Source: Tortispora ganteri
Lineage: Eukaryota
Direction: 5' to 3'
Assembly: GCA_003707115.1 (NCBI GenBank)
Contig: PPNB01000007.1
Coordinates: 124,001 to 188,000 of the forward strand
DNA: 64,000 nt
Of this stretch, positions 36,985 through 49,000 are shown in pieces. Position 1 is the first letter of the stretch, and each line of letters opens with the position of its first letter. Below the pieces are notes generated by a model. That model searched no databases, was not told where the DNA came from, and saw nothing but the letters and a program-made list of their open reading frames with translations. The translations under genes were made by a program, and so were the position numbers.

Positions 36985-39900
36985 TTAAATCATTAGCGGC
37001 GAACTGCTGGCCTCGGGGTACTGTCGCAAATCAAGACTCAAGGTCTTGGAACTTTTTTCCTGGATGTCCCTATACACCCCAATCAGAGCGTCTGATCTCT
37101 TAAACAAACCGCTCTTCAAACTGATAACAATAAACTGAAAATCAGGACCAGAGTGCGATCGGATGTAGTTGGCTAGTCTATCAACATTATCATTATCAAG
37201 AGCAGCATCAACCTCGTCCAGTACGAAAAAAGGCGCAGGAAGGAACGAATGAATTGCAAACAGCAATGCTAATGCTGCAACAGACTTTTCACCGCCAGAA
37301 AGTTGACCAATATCTCTAAACTGTTTAGAAGGAGGAACAGCGTGAAATCTGATACCTCCAAGATATGGCTCGCTGGTATTGTCAAGAGTCAAATAAGCAG
37401 ATCCAATAGCAGGTGAATTGTCTGATCTAGTCAGTTCCTTATATATCTTATCGATCTCTCCAGATATATGCTCAAACGCATTGGTGAAAAGTTCCAGTCG
37501 TTTTGCTTTAACCTTTTCAAACTTTTGCTTCGCATCCTTGACTTGTCTTGCAGCTTGCATATACTCTGATTCGGCATCTTCCAGTCTCTCTTGCACATGT
37601 GTCATCTTCTCTTCAGCCCGAGTCTGAGGTGCAAGCTGATCAAGCATCGTTTCCATTTGCTTTATTTCATCTATTAAATGTGATTCGATATCGCTTGAGT
37701 GGTCATCGTCAACTAAATCTTCAACCACGCTGTAATCGATCGACAAGCTATCAACCGGATCTGCTTCAATGTCTCGCTCCGCTAGAGTAATCAGTGTCTG
37801 CAATCGTTCTGAAGCCATACTAGGTGACTGTACCTCATCATCCGTGACAATCGCTTCAATGTCCTTGATATCAATATCCTCATCATTCTTAGTCTTTATC
37901 GAAATGCCTTCCATAATGCTGTTCTTCAGCATATTGATTAGAGAAGCCCTGGTTTTGGATATATCAACTCTATCCTGTAATATCTTCTGGGTTATAGTCT
38001 GACGTTCAGCTTCAAGTTCATTCAGCTTAGATTGCTCTCCTTCTAACGTAGAGTACGCAACTTTCGAGTTTTCGTTCGCTAAATCTAGTTCTTGTAGAAG
38101 CTTTTCCTTACTCTGTAGCAATTTATCTTTATCGCTCTCCAGATTAGAGAGCTTCACCGTCAAAGAGTCAATCGATTTTAGAACTGTATCGAGTCTATTG
38201 CTGATTCTTTCTCTTGCTCGTTTAAGCTCACTCAATCGAGATTCGGAATAAGACAAGTACCCTTTTAACTTATGCAAACGATTTCGTACTTCAACTCTGG
38301 CTCGGAGTCTTTTTTCCAGCGCAATAGATTTATCTTGTTCGTAGTCTCTAAAAGATGAAATTCCATTCTCAGCATAAAACTTGCCAAAAACTTCATTCTC
38401 AATAGCGGAGCATTGACTTTTCTTTTCTTCGATTCTCAAGTTGAGCTCTGATATATTGCCTTCAAGGACAGAAATCTGAGAAGAAAGGTCTTCACAGTCC
38501 TTTAAGCAAACGTCTATTTCTGCCTGATAATCGGTTTTCATACGTTCGTGAGATTTCAAGCTAGTTGTCAGTCCGTTAACCTCTTCATTTAATGCAATGA
38601 ATTTTGCAGTGACATCGTTCTGCTCAGTCATAGTAGCGATTTCCTTTGCTAGACCAGCTAGTTCGGAAAGAATAGAATTCTTCTTACGCTCTAAAGCGCG
38701 CAAAGCCACTTCATCCCATTTGTTATGCTCAGCAGGTCCATCGAGTGCACCTCCTGTTAGAAGACCTGCTTTGTGCAATATGCCTCCATCTAAAGTTACC
38801 AGTTTCTCAGCAAGATTATTCTTCCACTTCAATTGCATTGCAGTTTCCATATCATCACAAATTAGCGTAGATGAGCAAACAAAAGACATTATTCGTTCAA
38901 ATTTAGAGTCGTAAGAAAGGATGTCAATCAACAATTTCGTCGAATCGCTTAAGTCACGCAAACCAGCCTTAATAGGAGAAGGAACAATAGTATCCAAAGG
39001 CAAAAACATAGAAGTTCCTGCTCTTTGTTCGCGCAAGTAAGACATGCAATCAGAGGCCGTTTTGACGCTGTCAACAACTATTGCATCTAAATACCTTCCT
39101 AAAGCAGTGGCAGTGGCCCGTTCATATCGGCTATTTTTGGGCTTGCACAGTTCCGAGACAGTACCATAAACTCCAGGATATACATACTTTAGGGAATCTA
39201 TAGCATCTGACAATTTCTTCTTGTCCTTCGATAGTTTGATCTGAGAACCAGCTTTCAGAATCTCAGTGAGACATGACTCCAGTTCTTTATTGAGCTCTTC
39301 TTCCTTGTTACGAACACGCACTTTTTCAGCAGTAAGAGTTTCGTTCTCTTTACGAAGCCTTGCGAGTACATCTGATTTGTCATTCAAAGTAGCGTTGAGC
39401 TCACTGCATTTAGTAGAACAACTAGCATAATCTTCCTGTAAGCCGGCAAGTTTTGACTTTGATCTCAACAAGCTAGCCTCTAAGTATTGCTTTCGTTCAA
39501 GCTTTAACTCAGATTCGGCAACCAAACTTCTTAGTTCATTTTCAGCGTCAGCAGCTTGTCGAAAATATTGACCCTTCAGGTCCTCGAAAGTTTCAGTACT
39601 GAGCGCTGACAAGGCATCTGTGTTTCTGGCGGGCACCTCAGGCTGTAGAAGAAAAGCAGATTGTTCCTCAAGTTCTTGTATTTCATTTCTCAGTGTCTCT
39701 ATTTCGTCAGAAAGTCCTTTGGTAGTGTTGACGTTGCTTTCATAAGAGCGCTGAAGTTTCTTTTGTTCCAATTTCAAACCTTCCAGACGACTGTGAATAG
39801 GATCAATTTTGCCGATTTTTTCCTGTATTTCATTTTCCATGGTCTCTAACTGTTTGGAGATTTCAGAGATCTTTTTCTGAACAGAGTTATACTGTGAATT

Positions 39901-40728
39901 AGTAGCAGGAAGCGCAGAACTGGTCGCTTCTATCTGTTCACAGTAGCTATAGTATTCATCAATTGAGTGTTTTGCAGATTGCTTTAATTCAGATATTTTC
40001 AATTGAAAGAAATACAATTTATAAAGAACAAGTGAGCTCTTTTTGCTGCTCAGACTGGACTGAAGCTCGACGTACTTATCGTACTGTTCTTTCTGGCCTT
40101 TAAAGTACTTCATATCACGAGTATAATTGCGGCGTCTAATAAAAGCCAGCGAAGAAGAGCCTTCAATCTGCTCCAATTCTTTTTTTAGAGTGTCGTATTC
40201 TGTAATGAGCGCGCTGGAGCCAGACACGAATTCGATAAGTTGGGTGAGTTGTTTAGGTGTTTGAGACGCGACGTTTTCGATGTCACCCTGGAAAACGAGG
40301 AAGTTTCTAATCTTTGAGAGAATGTTTTCCTTCTCAAGAATATCTCTGTAGTTTTTAAAGGATTTAACTACGTCGTTGACAAAATAGGACGAGTAGCCAG
40401 ACTCAGTCACAGAACGGCGAAATGTAAGAATTTGATCGGTATTGGTGAGGTAGTAAAAGCAGACGGTGGCCGAGGAGTTAGGATTGATTTCCGGCTCTTT
40501 AAGAGAATCTACAGGCGGTCTATATATAAGATCTGAGAGTGTAGAGGAGCGCAGATAAGTTGCTTTTATTCCAAGAACAAATGATATAGCATCCATGAGA
40601 TTGCTTTTACCACTACCGTTCGGGCCGATAATAGAGAGGAACGAGATCTGGTTAGGTCCAAAGTCAATTTCATGAAGGCCCTTGTAGGACTTAAAATTTT
40701 GAATTGTAATTTTGAGCAGTCTTCCCAT
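36985..40728 (-). CDS. SMC1: Cohesin subunit Smc1
   Basis: NFKSY, GPNGSGKSNLMDAISFVLG, hinge domain, LSGGEKSVAALAL and PFFVLDEVDAALD motifs. Confidence 0.95.
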   Translation of the reverse strand: MGRLLKITIQNFKSYKGLHEIDFGPNQISFLSIIGPNGSGKSNLMDAISFVLGIKATYLRSSTLSDLIYRPPVDSLKEPEINPNSSATVCFYYLTNTDQILTFRRSVTESGYSSYFVNDVVKSFKNYRDILEKENILSKIRNFLVFQGDIENVASQTPKQLTQLIEFVSGSSALITEYDTLKKELEQIEGSSSLAFIRRRNYTRDMKYFKGQKEQYDKYVELQSSLSSKKSSLVLYKLYFFQLKISELKQSAKHSIDEYYSYCEQIEATSSALPATNSQYNSVQKKISEISKQLETMENEIQEKIGKIDPIHSRLEGLKLEQKKLQRSYESNVNTTKGLSDEIETLRNEIQELEEQSAFLLQPEVPARNTDALSALSTETFEDLKGQYFRQAADAENELRSLVAESELKLERKQYLEASLLRSKSKLAGLQEDYASCSTKCSELNATLNDKSDVLARLRKENETLTAEKVRVRNKEEELNKELESCLTEILKAGSQIKLSKDKKKLSDAIDSLKYVYPGVYGTVSELCKPKNSRYERATATALGRYLDAIVVDSVKTASDCMSYLREQRAGTSMFLPLDTIVPSPIKAGLRDLSDSTKLLIDILSYDSKFERIMSFVCSSTLICDDMETAMQLKWKNNLAEKLVTLDGGILHKAGLLTGGALDGPAEHNKWDEVALRALERKKNSILSELAGLAKEIATMTEQNDVTAKFIALNEEVNGLTTSLKSHERMKTDYQAEIDVCLKDCEDLSSQISVLEGNISELNLRIEEKKSQCSAIENEVFGKFYAENGISSFRDYEQDKSIALEKRLRARVEVRNRLHKLKGYLSYSESRLSELKRARERISNRLDTVLKSIDSLTVKLSNLESDKDKLLQSKEKLLQELDLANENSKVAYSTLEGEQSKLNELEAERQTITQKILQDRVDISKTRASLINMLKNSIMEGISIKTKNDEDIDIKDIEAIVTDDEVQSPSMASERLQTLITLAERDIEADPVDSLSIDYSVVEDLVDDDHSSDIESHLIDEIKQMETMLDQLAPQTRAEEKMTHVQERLEDAESEYMQAARQVKDAKQKFEKVKAKRLELFTNAFEHISGEIDKIYKELTRSDNSPAIGSAYLTLDNTSEPYLGGIRFHAVPPSKQFRDIGQLSGGEKSVAALALLFAIHSFLPAPFFVLDEVDAALDNDNVDRLANYIRSHSGPDFQFIVISLKSGLFKRSDALIGVYRDIQEKSSKTLSLDLRQYPEASSSPLMI

Positions 40729-40749
40729 GATTGTGGCGGTTTGGGGCGT

Positions 40750-40792
40750 ACGCGATTATTCAAGTGAGACGCGAATTTCAAGTTTGACGCGC
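40750..40792. promoter_or_regulatory. Three MCB-like ACGCG cores in an 18-19 bp tandem repeat upstream of SMC1
   Basis: ACGCGATTATTCAAGTGAG / ACGCGAATTTCAAGTTTG / ACGCGC at 40750, 40769 and 40787. Confidence 0.6.
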
Positions 40793-41429
40793 AGCGCGGG
40801 CGGGAGCTTGAAAGGATCAGTTGTTGGGAGTTTTACAGCTGGTGGGGGGTAAAAAAGGGCAAGGACAGGACGGGAGGGGCAGGGTAAGAGCGATCTGGCG
40901 GCCAAAGTAGTTGTGGAGAGGAGGTCAAAGGAGTAAAAGTAGCAAAAAAAAATATCTTGAAGTTTGCGTATATACAACATTAATATATGCTGGAGTGTAA
41001 TGAAGCTATATGTCTTGGTAATCGTCTGATATCGTTGTAAGACGAATCGGGGGAGTGCGGCGGGCGTTCATGGCCCAAACTATGCCATATATGATGGCAG
41101 CGGCGAGCAAGGTGATCAACACAAAGGAGAATAAAAAGTTAAGAATAATAGAGACCATATAAAATTATTTAACAAGGCAAAGGGTGAAGTTGTGAAGGTT
41201 TTATGAAGGGAAGGTCAGGTAGGAGAATGTTGTTTGGTGGCCAGGCAGGGTCCTTTAACCCACCCCCTTGGCCGGGCCATTGGGAGGGAAAATCCCCCAT
41301 ATAGTACAATGGTACTTTACCAGATCTCTTTTGTATATTAAACACATACAAAGATTGAGCTCTAATTTACCGGCGCAATAGGCCGCTAAAAATAAGATCT
41401 AGCATTAAATAGATCAATAAAATATTAAA

Positions 41430-44400
41430 ATGGTAGGGTCTGTACCGTCTTTTTTTCTGCCGGACCGACGGCAGAGTCTGGCATCGGCGGAATCCTCAGA
41501 CACAGTGCGACCTCGCCATTCGCGGACTTCTACGTTAATGTCAGTCTCATCTGCAAATTCGGAGTTTCAACTTGAAAAACCAAAAGATTCTAGAACTATT
41601 AATAAAATGTTTGAAACGCTTATTAATGAGCGCGATTTTAGATCATTGCCGGCTGCCGCAAAGAAGGAAATGATGCGTTATGATGTCAACAAAAAGTGGA
41701 CGCTTATCTACCAGGACGCTCTAGCAAAACATCAATCAATCAAAAGACAATCGATTCATTGGGATGACGTTGATGCGCCGTCCTGGTATGTACGAAAAAT
41801 TATAGAGGGTTCCATAACCGCAAAGCAGTTAGGTGAATTATGGGTCTCCTTACGCACACAGCCTATCGGATGGGTTCAGGAATTTATAGCATCTCAAGGC
41901 CATATAGCTTTAGCTACAGTGCTGGATCAACTGAACTCACGACCACAACGTACAGAAGGAGATATTGAACGCGAATATGATATCGTCAAATGTATCAAGG
42001 CTATCATTAATATGCAAGCTGGTGCAGACGCTGCTGTCAAGGATGACCGCTGTACAAACGCGCTTATCGGAAGCCTTATTTCACCTAAACTCGCCACAAG
42101 AAAACTTGTCACAGAAGTACTTACCTTTATTTCCCACTGGCATCCACCCAGAGGTCACGACTTGGTCCTCTCTGCCATGGACCGCATGAAAGAGCGTTTC
42201 AATCTCGCAAATCGCTTCTCCGGTTGGACTAAATGCGTTGAGATAACACTGGACGGAAGAGGCCGTCTAGGTTCTATGGTCGGTGCTAGTGAAGAGCTAC
42301 GTCTTGGTGGAACCGGCTCAGAAAGCCTACTAATAGACTATACACTGGCTACTATGTTCCTTATTAACGTCATTGTACAAGGAGACGATAATATACAAGT
42401 CCGATTACATATGCGTGCAGAACTTCTCGCTTGTGGATTACCACGAATCTTTCGCAAAATGAGTGATCTTCGAAACGAACTAATACAGCAACAAATTGAT
42501 AAATATGAAGACTTCGCCGCATTAGACAATGAAGATTTTAACTTCGCTCAGCAAAGAGAGAGCGTGATAAGTTTTGATGACCCTAGTCGAATAGCCGAAG
42601 AACTCTATAAGAAACTTGGATCCGATGAACGCTCAATTGATTATGTATCCTCTACACTTCATCATTTATTCATATTACAACAAGGAAAACTTCCTGACGA
42701 AAGGCGGCGCTTACTGCAGCTTGTTGATGCTATAGTTTCGGAGATAGTACGCGAAGGAATTGTGCCAACATCTTCTACTAATTACAAGCAAGTATTTAAC
42801 ATCTCAATTCAGTCAATTCTTGATCGTCTTCATACAGACGATCAGGCCAAACGAGCAATTCAAGACGCCAAAACAGCAACTGAACATCTTGAGAAAGCTA
42901 ATGCGGAACGACTCATTATAAATGAAAAGCTAGCTATGGGATCTAAAGGCTTAATTTCTAAACTGGAAAAGGAATTGGCTGAGAAAACAGAACTTTTAAA
43001 CTTGCAAGTGCGACTAAATACTGAACTCAAAGCTGATTTGGCTGCTCTTAGAGCTAATAATATGGCTCTCCTTCAAGAAGCCGAGTTGGAAAACAGAGAG
43101 TTGTACTTGATGCTTAAAGCAAGCCGCGATGGTGGTACTGAAGGCGTCGATACTGGCGGGGGAATTATTGACAGATCTAAATTAATGGCGAAGCTTGAGA
43201 AGTCTATTGAAAAACATCAACTGGATATTCGCTCAGAGAATCAGGCATGGGATGCTCCAATAGAACCTTCTACAAGATTGAGGGCGCTTCGTGAAAAGAT
43301 GGATATTGTACAATCCGAGGCAAGAGAACTTGAATTAATGGATTTTATGACTGACGATACCACTGATACCGAAAAGCTACAAAGAGAACTAGAGCAATCT
43401 AAACGACGCATTGAAGAACTGTCCAATTTATTGAACAAATCTGCAGGATTAGGACCTGGGCCCGGGCCTAGGCTCGGACCTGGACCTAAGTCTGAACCAA
43501 GTAAAGCCTCTAGCTCATCAGCGCTCGCAACAGGTGGAGTGCCGCCACCGCCACCGCCTCCACCACCACCTTTACCAGGCGCAACTGGTTCTTCTTGCAC
43601 AGGAGCTGCACCACCGCCTCCACCGCCACCACCGCCTCCACTACCGGGAACCTCTCTAGCAGTAGGAGCTCCACCACCTCCACCACCGCCTCCACCGCCA
43701 CTTCCTCCTGTTAACGGTTCTGCAGGACCACCTCCGCCTCCGCCTCCACCTCCTTTGCCTGAGGGTAAGTCTGTTGCAGAACCCTCTAAGCCCAGAGAAC
43801 CAACGCCTCCGCCTGTGCAACTTGCTCCTCGCCCTAGTCGTCGTCTAAAGCAGATGCACTGGGAAAAGATTGAGAAACCGGATTATACGTTTTGGGCACA
43901 GATTGATGACCTCAATGTTTCCAAAGACCTACTCGATAGGGGAATTCTGTCTGAAGTTGAACAAGTGTTTGCCGCTAAAGAAGTGAAGATAATTAGTAAG
44001 AAGACTAAGGTTGCAGGTGAAGAAAAGAAGAGATTTGTATCACGGGACATTGCTCAGCAGATTGAGATCAACTTTCACTCCTATTCGAATGTCCCTGTTA
44101 AGGAACTGGTAATAAAAGTACTACACTGCGATAGTGATATTCTTCAGAATGTTAATTTACTGGAGTTCTTATCCAAAGATGATATGGTGCGAGTCAGCGA
44201 CAATGTTATGAGGAATCTATCACCATATAGCACGGACTATACAAGAGAAGATCCGCAACCGCCAGAAAGGGATCCCTCAGAGCTCACTAGAGCTGACCAA
44301 ATTTACCTGGAACTGTGCTTGAACTTGCAACACTATTGGAAATCTAGAATGCGAGGGCTTCTTTTGGTACAAACATTTGAAAAAGACTACTCTGAGTTAG

Positions 44401-45635
44401 TAGGAAAGCTGCGAATGATAGATAGTGCGAATGAGGCTGTAAAAAGTTCCGAAAGGTTCAGAAAACTTCTTGAGATTATTCTTGCCGTTGGTAACTTCAT
44501 GAACGATACCTCGAAACGGGCCAATGGTTTCCGCATGGGCACTTTACAGAGACTTTCTTTGACGAAAGATGAACAGAACCAGATGACTTTCTTGCATTAT
44601 GTTGAGAAGATTGTCCGCACGAATTATCCTCACATTGCTGACTTTCAGGAAGATCTACGAGCTGTCCTTCCTGTTGCGAAGATTTCTATTGAACAAGTGG
44701 AGGCAGATTGCAAGGCTTTTTCGGCGAATATCACGAATGTTCAGAATTCAATGGACTATGGCAATCTAAACGAGACGAAACTATTTCATCCTGAAGACAA
44801 AGTCCTTTCTGTGTTACTGAAGCATATGCCACAGGCACGAGAGAAGCGCGACAATTTGGACAAACATCTACAAGGGACTACAGGAGCTTATCATAAACTT
44901 TTGCGGTTTTTTGGAGAAGATCAGAACGATTCACATGCGTATAACACATTTTTTGCCAAGTTTGCGACGTTTATTTCGGAGTACAAGAAGACTAATGCCG
45001 AAAATTTGATTCGTGAAGAAGAGATACGTGCATATGAGGCCAGGAAGAATTTACTCTTGACTCCCAAGAAAGGTGCTATGGCTAGTCTAATAGAGACAGG
45101 TAATGCTAAAAGTTCACCTACGGATGGGTCAAACAAGGCCGTTATGGACAGTCTGTTAGAGAAACTGAAAGCTGCTGGGCCGGGCGAAGCCACTTCTGCC
45201 CGTCGACGTGCGGCGGCTAGAATGAAACGTGTGCAAAGCTATAAAGACGGTGATAGCTCTGATGGAGGTGGTGATTTGACTTCTGTGACAAGTTCTGTAT
45301 CTCAGAATGAAGCTATGGATAATGCTGCTGATAGTGGAGACCGTAGCGAGACGAGCACACCTACATTGGAGTTGAAAGATTTTGATCTCGGAGACCGTGC
45401 CCGAAGTATGTTGCAGGATCTGCGTACAAAGAAGTCAGATGTGAACTTGCGAAGAATCAAAGCTAAAGAAGAGAATGAAAACCAACGAGCACGGTTCCTC
45501 CTCCGCGAAATGCGTCGCAGTTCACATATAGAAGACGAAGATAACTTTGAGAGCATGGTAAGCGCGATCCGCGCGCAACAAGAACAGGCAAACGGTACAG
45601 CCTTAGACAAGAATGAAGATGCAGACGAGAGTTAA
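41430..45635 (+). CDS. Diaphanous-related formin (Bni1/SepA-like)
   Basis: GBD/FH3 (SLRTQPIGWV), FH1 with four poly-Pro tracts (about 43540-43755), FH2 (LKQMHWEK, VGNFMN) and DAD (MDSLLEKL). Confidence 0.95.
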   Translation: MVGSVPSFFLPDRRQSLASAESSDTVRPRHSRTSTLMSVSSANSEFQLEKPKDSRTINKMFETLINERDFRSLPAAAKKEMMRYDVNKKWTLIYQDALAKHQSIKRQSIHWDDVDAPSWYVRKIIEGSITAKQLGELWVSLRTQPIGWVQEFIASQGHIALATVLDQLNSRPQRTEGDIEREYDIVKCIKAIINMQAGADAAVKDDRCTNALIGSLISPKLATRKLVTEVLTFISHWHPPRGHDLVLSAMDRMKERFNLANRFSGWTKCVEITLDGRGRLGSMVGASEELRLGGTGSESLLIDYTLATMFLINVIVQGDDNIQVRLHMRAELLACGLPRIFRKMSDLRNELIQQQIDKYEDFAALDNEDFNFAQQRESVISFDDPSRIAEELYKKLGSDERSIDYVSSTLHHLFILQQGKLPDERRRLLQLVDAIVSEIVREGIVPTSSTNYKQVFNISIQSILDRLHTDDQAKRAIQDAKTATEHLEKANAERLIINEKLAMGSKGLISKLEKELAEKTELLNLQVRLNTELKADLAALRANNMALLQEAELENRELYLMLKASRDGGTEGVDTGGGIIDRSKLMAKLEKSIEKHQLDIRSENQAWDAPIEPSTRLRALREKMDIVQSEARELELMDFMTDDTTDTEKLQRELEQSKRRIEELSNLLNKSAGLGPGPGPRLGPGPKSEPSKASSSSALATGGVPPPPPPPPPPLPGATGSSCTGAAPPPPPPPPPPLPGTSLAVGAPPPPPPPPPPLPPVNGSAGPPPPPPPPPLPEGKSVAEPSKPREPTPPPVQLAPRPSRRLKQMHWEKIEKPDYTFWAQIDDLNVSKDLLDRGILSEVEQVFAAKEVKIISKKTKVAGEEKKRFVSRDIAQQIEINFHSYSNVPVKELVIKVLHCDSDILQNVNLLEFLSKDDMVRVSDNVMRNLSPYSTDYTREDPQPPERDPSELTRADQIYLELCLNLQHYWKSRMRGLLLVQTFEKDYSELVGKLRMIDSANEAVKSSERFRKLLEIILAVGNFMNDTSKRANGFRMGTLQRLSLTKDEQNQMTFLHYVEKIVRTNYPHIADFQEDLRAVLPVAKISIEQVEADCKAFSANITNVQNSMDYGNLNETKLFHPEDKVLSVLLKHMPQAREKRDNLDKHLQGTTGAYHKLLRFFGEDQNDSHAYNTFFAKFATFISEYKKTNAENLIREEEIRAYEARKNLLLTPKKGAMASLIETGNAKSSPTDGSNKAVMDSLLEKLKAAGPGEATSARRRAAARMKRVQSYKDGDSSDGGGDLTSVTSSVSQNEAMDNAADSGDRSETSTPTLELKDFDLGDRARSMLQDLRTKKSDVNLRRIKAKEENENQRARFLLREMRRSSHIEDEDNFESMVSAIRAQQEQANGTALDKNEDADES

Positions 45636-46037
45636 AATGACGTGTGTTTTATGTTTTTAATGATTTTTATATTTATTATTTTTTATGGTACGGGCTGGTT
45701 TTTGGGTACCTGTTCCATATCGGGAAATTTCTCATTTGCGATTTGATTTTAAAGTTACAAGCGTGGCAATAATCAAGAAGCGCTAATGGTAAAGTTGAGC
45801 TTGAAAGAATTAATTACTGCGATCGGTACTTGCAATTTTTGCGAATCATTCTTTCAAATTCTAGACCCGACGGTTTCATTGATTGCATATATTCGCATTA
45901 GGCAACAGGACCCTTGTAAACTTTCGCCTATAATAGAGTTTGAACGGCATACGGATCGATGCTACTTTCCCCACCCGACCTAAACCCCACTCCGATCTCT
46001 AGACATTGGACTACTGCCAGGTATTTATTAATACTAA

Positions 46038-49000
46038 ATGGATTTCTCAGAAAAGAAAGGAAAAAAAATTGAGAAATCAATAATTGAAACGAAAGATAAT
46101 ATTGATTTCGGTATAGTCGACCCAGTGGAAGTCGTTGCGTCAGGAGTTTCTGTTTACAAAGACAAACAACATATATCAATTCCATTATTAAGCCGATTTC
46201 TACACAAAACACCAACAGAAAGTAAGACAGATGACATAGACATTAGTGTTAAACGACCAATTTTATCTCATGTTTCGTGCGAAGTCAGTCCCGGCACAAT
46301 GATGGCGCTCATTGGATCATCTGGTTCAGGTAAGACCACATTGTTGAATACTATGGCGAGCAGAATGTCAGGAACAGGTTTGAAAATGAGCGGAACTATC
46401 CTTTTTAATGGTAAACCGAATATGAACTCTGTGAGAAGTGGCTACGTTTTACAGCAGGATATTTTGCCACATACACTGACGCCACGCGAAACACTCAGAT
46501 TCTCTGCAGATCTTAGACTACCTTCTACAGTTTCGCGCGCCACCAGGTATCAGATGGTCGAGCAAGTAATTGCCGAACTTGGATTGCGTGACTGTGCCGA
46601 TACACGTATTGGTAATGTCGAACATAAGGGCATATCAGGTGGAGAAAAACGACGTGTTTCAATAGGCATTCAGATGCTCGCTAACCCCTCAGTACTATTT
46701 CTGGACGAGCCAACCACTGGTCTTGACGCCTTCTCTGCTTTCCAACTAGTGCGAACATTGTCTCATCTTGCAAAAAAAGGGCGTACAATAGTCTGTTCTA
46801 TCCACCAACCGAGGTCAGACATTTTCCATCTTTTCGATTCTATCACTTTGCTGGCAAGGGGACAGACTGTATATTCTGGACCCACGACAGAAATAATATC
46901 ATATTTTGAAGAACTTGGTTATGCTATGCCAATGCACGTCAATCCTGCAGACTTTATTATTGACATCTCCTCTATAGATGTTCGTTCACCTGAAGCCGAA
47001 GAGCGCACGATGGCCCAAGTTGAACGGCTGCTTAGAGCTTGGAAATCACACTCTAGCGGTTCGTTTTCTTCTAAACTGGAAACACCTGTTCCGGCCATTA
47101 CAGATGGAGACACTTCAGGTTCGCCTTCGGATATTCATTCGCTATCTACAAACACTGCTCCTTTCAGCACCCAAATCAGCACTCTAATCCGAAGAGGAAT
47201 TCTAACCACATTTAGGGACCCTTTTGGAATGTTTGGATTGATATTTGCTGCACTATTTGTAGGCGGCGTCAATGGTTGGATTTTTTATGGCTTAGAAGGG
47301 TCTGTTCAAGGCATGCGGTCCATGACAGGCGCTGCTTACATATCTATCACAGGTCTGCCCTATCTTGACCTTCTTTACGAGATCTATCGCTTATGTAATA
47401 CAGACATGCCTATATTTGACAGGGAAAAGAGTGAAGGCATTGTTAGTGTTTCCGGTTGGATTATCTCGCGACGCCTCACTAAGCTCTTTCTTGAAGACAT
47501 ACCGACCACTCTGATATATTCCGTGCTGATGTATTTCCTGGTAGGATTTCGCACTGACTCTGCTAGGTATTTCTTTGTCTACTTTGCCGATGTCTTCTTT
47601 ACGCACATGTGCGCTATTGGTCTCGCTACTATAGCTGTATCTATAAGCCGAGATTTCTCTGTAGCGTCTTTGATTGGCAATCTTTCTTATACTTTACAGT
47701 CTCTTGCTAACGGATTTTTTATTGCAGTTCCCAACATGCCTGTTTATGTGCGTTGGACACGCTGGATTACATATACTTATTTCTCATTTGGATTGGCTGC
47801 ATCGAATCAGTTCAGTGGATACGTCGGAAACTGTCCGTCTCCAGATCTTAACTCACCTGAATGCTACGAATATCTAGGTAATACCCAGCTTGCAGTTCTG
47901 GGTGTTCCGGTAAACTGGTTAGGCGTACCACTAGGAGTACTAGCAGCTTGGACAGTTGGATTTTTTATTATTTCGGGACTAGTGCTGCGCTTCTATCACC
48001 GATCGGTAAAGGTTGCCTCAACCAGTGTTTCTCCTTCGGCGTCCGACATAGTTAACCACATTCAACATGAACAGGTGCCAATCTCGCAGCAAAAAATTTC
48101 TATTTCTATCCAGTCTCTTTGTTTAACTATAGTGAAGCGTGTACTTCCTTGGAAGAAACGCGAGATAGTCATACTGAAAGATGTTAGCACTTCTTTCGAA
48201 TCAGGATGTCTCAGCGCTATCCTTGGTCCTTCTGGCTCGGGCAAAAGTTCTTTATTAAATTTCCTTGCAGATAGGTGCCATTCTACAGCACTTACAAAGT
48301 ATGAGGCACATGAACTGCTGATGCTTAATGGTCAAAAATCTTCTCCGAAGCTGCTATCTCGTGTTTGCTCTTATGTTACTCAAGACGATGACGGCTTGTT
48401 ACCTTCCCTAACTGTTAGGGAAACGCTCACGTTTGCAGCATACCTTCGCCTACCAAAGACATGGTCTAAGGATCAAATGAGAGAGCGCGCTGAGGAGATA
48501 ATGATCGACATGGGTCTGAAAGACTGTGCGGACAAACTTATTGGCTCCGAGTTCAGTAAAGGCATTTCCGGAGGAGAGAAAAGACGTGTGAGCATAGCAG
48601 TGCAGCTGCTAAGCGATCCGAGCGTTATATTTTTGGATGAACCTACTTCAGGACTGGATTCATTCACTGCTGGATCTATCTTGCAAGTATTGAAGAATTT
48701 GGCAATTAAAGGGAAAACTGTTATCTGTACCATCCATCAGCCAAGGTTTGACATGTTCAATAAGTTTGATAAGCTTCTTCTTCTTACCAAAGGAGGTCGT
48801 GTTGCTTATTCTGGTGCTCAAAGTTCTGTACTTGACTATTTTTCGCAAATGGGTTTCCACTGCCCTTCAAACGTGAACATTGCAGACTTTTTGCTGGACG
48901 TTGTGGCTGTTAATCTGCAGGATGAACAGAACGAAAAAGTCACTCGGGATCGGCTTAATCAGTTACTTGATAATTGGCGAGATCATTCAACGGAATATGA

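Noticed and set aside
43450..43760. Repeat array or CRISPR-like structure
   Set aside because: These are CCN codon runs of the formin FH1 poly-proline tracts and a GP repeat; there are no spacers.
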